Assembly: GCA_039915645.1 (NCBI GenBank)
Contig: JBDSMX010000145.1
Coordinates: 1-62,331, forward strand
Direction of reading: 5' to 3'
DNA length: 62,331 nt
Source: Gemmatimonadales bacterium
GTDB taxonomy: Bacteria > Gemmatimonadota > Gemmatimonadetes > Gemmatimonadales > GWC2-71-9
Below the pieces are notes generated by a model that had not been told where the DNA came from, searched no databases, and worked only from the letters and a program-made list of their open reading frames with translations. Below, piece after piece: positions 58,686 to 62,331 of this stretch. The first letter of the stretch is position 1, and each line of letters starts with the position of its first letter. The position numbers and the translations under genes are program-made.

Positions 58686-59417
58686 ATGTCAGGAATGGGA
58701 CTTCATACTGGACGACTCCAGCAGTCACTCGCTGCAATCGATGGCCTCCTCGTCGACGGGTCGACCGCGCACTCGGCCGCATTTCAGGAATGGCGCGATG
58801 GGACCCTGCGAGCGCTACGCGCGATGCGAGGGGAGGATAGCCCTTCGGTTAAAGCCTTCGGCAGCCTCGGTTTCTGGAATCTCCGGGTGATGGTTGGGAG
58901 GGCGACGACCTGGAACGACCGCGATCAGGCGCGATACGAGACGGACCTGGGCAGGACGAAGGGGCTGTTGTCTGAAATACTTGAGGAGGAGGCCGGAATC
59001 GCACCACCGGCAGCGGGACTTGGGGGTGGGTTGTGGGGCCTTATGCACCCGGAAATCACGGCGCTCTCCAAAGCTCGCTTTGAGGCTGGCCACTTTGCCG
59101 ATGCAGTCGAGGCGGCGCTGAAGGAAGTCAACCTAGCGGTAAAGGCCAAGGTAGCGGCCAGAGGCGCACCGGGCGCAGACGGGGCGGCACTAATGACGCA
59201 GGCCTTTTCGCTAAAGAATCCTCTCGTCACCCTGGACGATCTAAGCACCGAGAGTGGAAGGAACGTGCAGCAGGGCTATCTCCAAATATTCGCAGGAGCG
59301 ATGACCGGCATCCGAAACCCCAAAGCCCACGGAAATCTCACGATCTCGCCAGAGAGGGCGATTCACCTGCTATTTCTCGCGAGTCTGCTTCGATTCAAGG
59401 TGGACGAAGCATTGTAA
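58686..59417 (+). CDS. TIGR02391 (Ymh) family HEPN protein with helical N-terminal domain
   Basis: HPEI...F..GH..DAV..A.K.V, DG..LM.QAFS, QQG...FAGA..GIRNPKAH; GGGAGG RBS. Confidence 0.88.
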   Translation: MSGMGLHTGRLQQSLAAIDGLLVDGSTAHSAAFQEWRDGTLRALRAMRGEDSPSVKAFGSLGFWNLRVMVGRATTWNDRDQARYETDLGRTKGLLSEILEEEAGIAPPAAGLGGGLWGLMHPEITALSKARFEAGHFADAVEAALKEVNLAVKAKVAARGAPGADGAALMTQAFSLKNPLVTLDDLSTESGRNVQQGYLQIFAGAMTGIRNPKAHGNLTISPERAIHLLFLASLLRFKVDEAL

Positions 59418-59504
59418 TCGCTGGCCGGAAGATGCCTCAGCTGATTTGGGGTTGGAAGATGTGTCGCTTGAGACGACCCGCGACTGCTGTGCAGGGAGAC
59501 TGAC

Positions 59505-60509
59505 GTGGCCAGGAAGCCCAATCCGAGCAAAAGCCACCACCACAATCCGCAGCACTACTTGAAACGGTTCTGTCCCGGGGGCGGGGAGGAGCTTTACGTG
59601 TACAGGCGTGAGTGGCAGACGCCAAAGTTCCTCCATACCCGAGTCACAGGGCAACAAACCAGGCTGTACACGCCAACAATGACTTCGGCGGACGTCTCGC
59701 CGGATGTGATAGAGCACGCACTACGGGACCTGGTTGACGGGCCGGCCTCCCTACTGCTTCCGAAGCTGGCAGCCGGAGAAGTATTGTCAATCGACGAGCG
59801 GCTGACTGTCGCCAGGCACATTGGCGTCCAGTCGATTCGCGGCCCCTGGATGAGAGCTCAGTACGACGCCTCTGCTGAATTCCTGAATTTGCGGACTTTC
59901 AGGGGCTACCTCGAATACACAGCGAAGCGAAGCGCGCAAGACCCCGCGTATGACGGCCCGAAGCTCGAGCAGGCGGAACTAGTGAGCATGCTCGCAGCGA
60001 TAGACAGTGGGGAGGTCGGGCTGGATTTCACGAAGGATCACTGGCTCAGCTTCGTAGTGGAGGCGCTCTTGGATCCCGAAATACCGGCCATCATCGCTTC
60101 ATTGCCATGGGTCGTGGTCACAACGCATTCTGGTGTCTTTGTGACTTCGGATAACCCTGTCGTAAAGGCAAGGGTTTTTGACCGGTTCCCTGGGCAGCCT
60201 AGAGCTGGCTGGCTGTCCCCGAGCATCGAAACGACCTACGCCTTGGACCCAAAGCGCTTGCTAGTGATGAGAGCCGGACTCAAGGAAGGGTTGGGAACGG
60301 CCTCGAAGTCATGGCGAGAGGATGTCAATCGACGGTGCGTCGAGTACGCGAATGAAGAGTTCTATTCAGTGAATGAACAGCCAGGTCTCCATCTTCGATT
60401 CGCTCAGGCAGCTCCCGTCAGAGTTCATACTGGCACGATCGACGATGGGAAGAGGGAGCCAGTCTTGCACGTCGCTGAGCCATACGTCGAGGGACGCCCG
60501 TTCTCTTGA
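59505..60509 (+). CDS. DUF4238 family protein
   Basis: HH.PQ.YLKRF N-terminus, LY, IE, FVTSDNPV. Confidence 0.82.
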   Translation: MARKPNPSKSHHHNPQHYLKRFCPGGGEELYVYRREWQTPKFLHTRVTGQQTRLYTPTMTSADVSPDVIEHALRDLVDGPASLLLPKLAAGEVLSIDERLTVARHIGVQSIRGPWMRAQYDASAEFLNLRTFRGYLEYTAKRSAQDPAYDGPKLEQAELVSMLAAIDSGEVGLDFTKDHWLSFVVEALLDPEIPAIIASLPWVVVTTHSGVFVTSDNPVVKARVFDRFPGQPRAGWLSPSIETTYALDPKRLLVMRAGLKEGLGTASKSWREDVNRRCVEYANEEFYSVNEQPGLHLRFAQAAPVRVHTGTIDDGKREPVLHVAEPYVEGRPFS

Positions 60510-60581
60510 CGACCTTCGCTCGAATCGGATGATGCAAGTTGGAGATCGCCAGCTAGGTCTCCGCACACCCCAGAGGCACGA

Positions 60582-62147
60582 ATGAACACGCCCGACGATC
60601 ATCAGAGGGCATTTCAGGAACTCGCCGGCCCAGCGTACGAGGCTCTACGGGAAAGTCCAGTGCGGGCGATCGCCATTGCTCGGACGCTAGTTGCAATACC
60701 TCCGCTCACGGAGGCGGACACGGTGGTGCTTAAAGCGGGCATTCTCGTTGACGCAGGCGGGGACCTTGGCGATCTCAAGGTGGTCGAGGAGGGCGCGGGC
60801 TTACTTCGTGAGGTCCTCACAGTCACCCCCGCTCGCCAGGATGCGACATATAGCCTTGGAAACGCATTGAGTGTGCTGGCAGACGTACGCAGCTTCGATG
60901 GCCCAGAGTGGTACTTGAAAACCGGCGCGATGCGAAGAGAAGCGCGAGCGCTATTCGAAGTCGTGGCACAGTCAGATGCACCCGCCGATTTGCGTGCGAG
61001 GGCAATCACAAATCGCGGCAACCTTCTCTGGGAATCACATCGTTGGGTGGAAGCCTACGAATGCTACCGTGCTGCTGCGGAATTGGACCCAACGAACACT
61101 GTCGCCTCATCGGGAGCAGCGCGGCTGTTGCTCTATGCTGCGGAGAAGGGACTCGGACCTGCCACAACTCTGACCGGCTTAGCCCGTGGATACATAGAAC
61201 TTGCTAGGAGGAGCTACCGTGACGACCCGGACCTCCCACGTGACCTAAGACGGCTTATCGCCAAGTTACCGCCTGCATCTGCGCTTGTACCGTGGTCCCC
61301 AAAGCTCCAGAATGCAGACGTATATACTGCGTTCGTTGCGAGGAACCACCTTGCTCTCGGGCTGACGCTTGACGGGCTTGAACCATCGTTGCGTCGATGG
61401 GACAATCTGATGGTGGATTCGATTTCGAAGGACTTCGAGGTCAGACTGGATGAAGGTGACAGCGGGGTTCCGACTCTATTTGCGATGTTCAACCTACTGA
61501 AGGCCGACTTCCTGAGCGCTAGGTACGTCGTGCACCTGGCACTCAACGATCCACCGCAGGAGACTGCGCAGTACGCTGACACACTTGACTACGCACGCTA
61601 TGGGGTGAAGACGGGCTTGCTCCTGCTGGGCCAGCGTGCCGCGATTGACATTCTTGATAAGGTCGCGGTGGCTGTCACTGAGTACTTGAAACTCCCAGGT
61701 AACAGCGATTCGATTCAGTTTACTCGTCGCTGGCTACGCCCGGATAAGAAGAGTGGCAAACCAGCTGTTCCTCTTGCTTGGCAGCGGGAGGTGGCAGCAG
61801 AGATTGGGGCGGGCAACGTGTACCTGATCGCCTTGGCGGAGCTTGCAGAGGATATTGCCCGGGGAGGTGCTCTTGCGACCCATCAGCAGTCCAGGAGTCT
61901 GGCCACTCACGGATTTGTGGTAATGCATGATGAAAGGGTTGAACCTTCGGCCAAGTCACCTCATGTGACCCATCGGGACTTGGCTGAATGTGAAGAACAA
62001 GCAATCCGCTCTCTTCGTGTCGCAAGAGCAGCGATCATTTACCTCGAGATGGTCATCAGGACTCATGAGTCGAACAGGCCATCACGTCGATTCGTGGTAC
62101 CGATGGTTGTGCCAAATCACCACTACATCCGAGGGGAGGAAGATTAG
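60582..62147 (+). CDS. TPR plus LA2681-like HEPN domain protein
   Basis: TPR-like N-half; FN.LK.DF..ARY, DTLDY..YG, R...DILDK.A, N..L.AL..L..D, RSLATH (RxxxxH). Confidence 0.82.
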   Translation: MNTPDDHQRAFQELAGPAYEALRESPVRAIAIARTLVAIPPLTEADTVVLKAGILVDAGGDLGDLKVVEEGAGLLREVLTVTPARQDATYSLGNALSVLADVRSFDGPEWYLKTGAMRREARALFEVVAQSDAPADLRARAITNRGNLLWESHRWVEAYECYRAAAELDPTNTVASSGAARLLLYAAEKGLGPATTLTGLARGYIELARRSYRDDPDLPRDLRRLIAKLPPASALVPWSPKLQNADVYTAFVARNHLALGLTLDGLEPSLRRWDNLMVDSISKDFEVRLDEGDSGVPTLFAMFNLLKADFLSARYVVHLALNDPPQETAQYADTLDYARYGVKTGLLLLGQRAAIDILDKVAVAVTEYLKLPGNSDSIQFTRRWLRPDKKSGKPAVPLAWQREVAAEIGAGNVYLIALAELAEDIARGGALATHQQSRSLATHGFVVMHDERVEPSAKSPHVTHRDLAECEEQAIRSLRVARAAIIYLEMVIRTHESNRPSRRFVVPMVVPNHHYIRGEED

Positions 62148-62331
62148 GCCGTGATTTGTCATTGCACCGGACATCCACGCTAGCAGCCAGGGGCAGAACT
62201 GGTTCTGGAGTGGTCTCGCAAAAACGGACACCTAGTTACGCGGCTCGGGTGAGCTGCGCTTCGTACGCGATCGGACTGACATAGCCGAGGTGCGAGTGTT
62301 GCCGCTCCGGATTGTACCACCCCTCGATATA

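Larger units (their letters stand above)
52513..62331. mobile_element. tRNA-Gln-anchored genomic (defence) island; right end outside the window
   Basis: Visible GC/codon shift right after the tRNA; ten co-oriented accessory genes; no integrase or att duplicate in view. Confidence 0.75.

Noticed and set aside
52513..62331. Prophage or intact integron
   Set aside because: No integrase, structural genes, attI or complete attC pair is visible in the window.

Overview
High-GC bacterial chromosome segment. The gene repertoire (LGAERFLREI-type Ser/Thr kinase, DUF885, DUF4384, double HD-GYP) suggests Gemmatimonadota; this is inference, not a database result. Positions 1-52.5 kb are mostly core genes: an arginine operon (DUF1611-like P-loop gene, argC-argD-argF'-argB-argE-argH-argR, with no argA/argJ in view) running into a PQQ dehydrogenase and a double-Kelch protein; an N6-adenine MTase, SNF2 helicase and HAD run with no visible nuclease; an orphan MbnH-like di-heme enzyme; mntR-mntH plus a beta-barrel; a MacB-type ABC system with an AttH/CrtC-like fusion; nadE, mutY, mlaEFD, folE, rnz, a class II photolyase, tRNA-Ala(CGC), HD-GYP and tRNA-Gln(CTG). 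Directly after tRNA-Gln the sequence is visibly less GC-rich and holds ten co-oriented accessory genes: SIR2, a DUF2971-like protein, Schlafen/AlbA_2, a K+-channel pore, a tightly coupled Ymh-HEPN/TIR/Ymh-HEPN triad, DUF4238, TPR-HEPN(LA2681) and a small membrane protein. This looks like a tRNA-anchored anti-phage defence island, possibly with decayed attC-like spacers. The best candidates for undescribed biology are (i) the HEPN-TIR-HEPN triad and the island as a whole, (ii) a DUF1611-like protein that may replace ArgA in a possibly succinyl-based arginine pathway, and (iii) the nuclease-less MTase/SNF2/HAD module. All family calls come from motif recognition by eye, and start codons were chosen manually.
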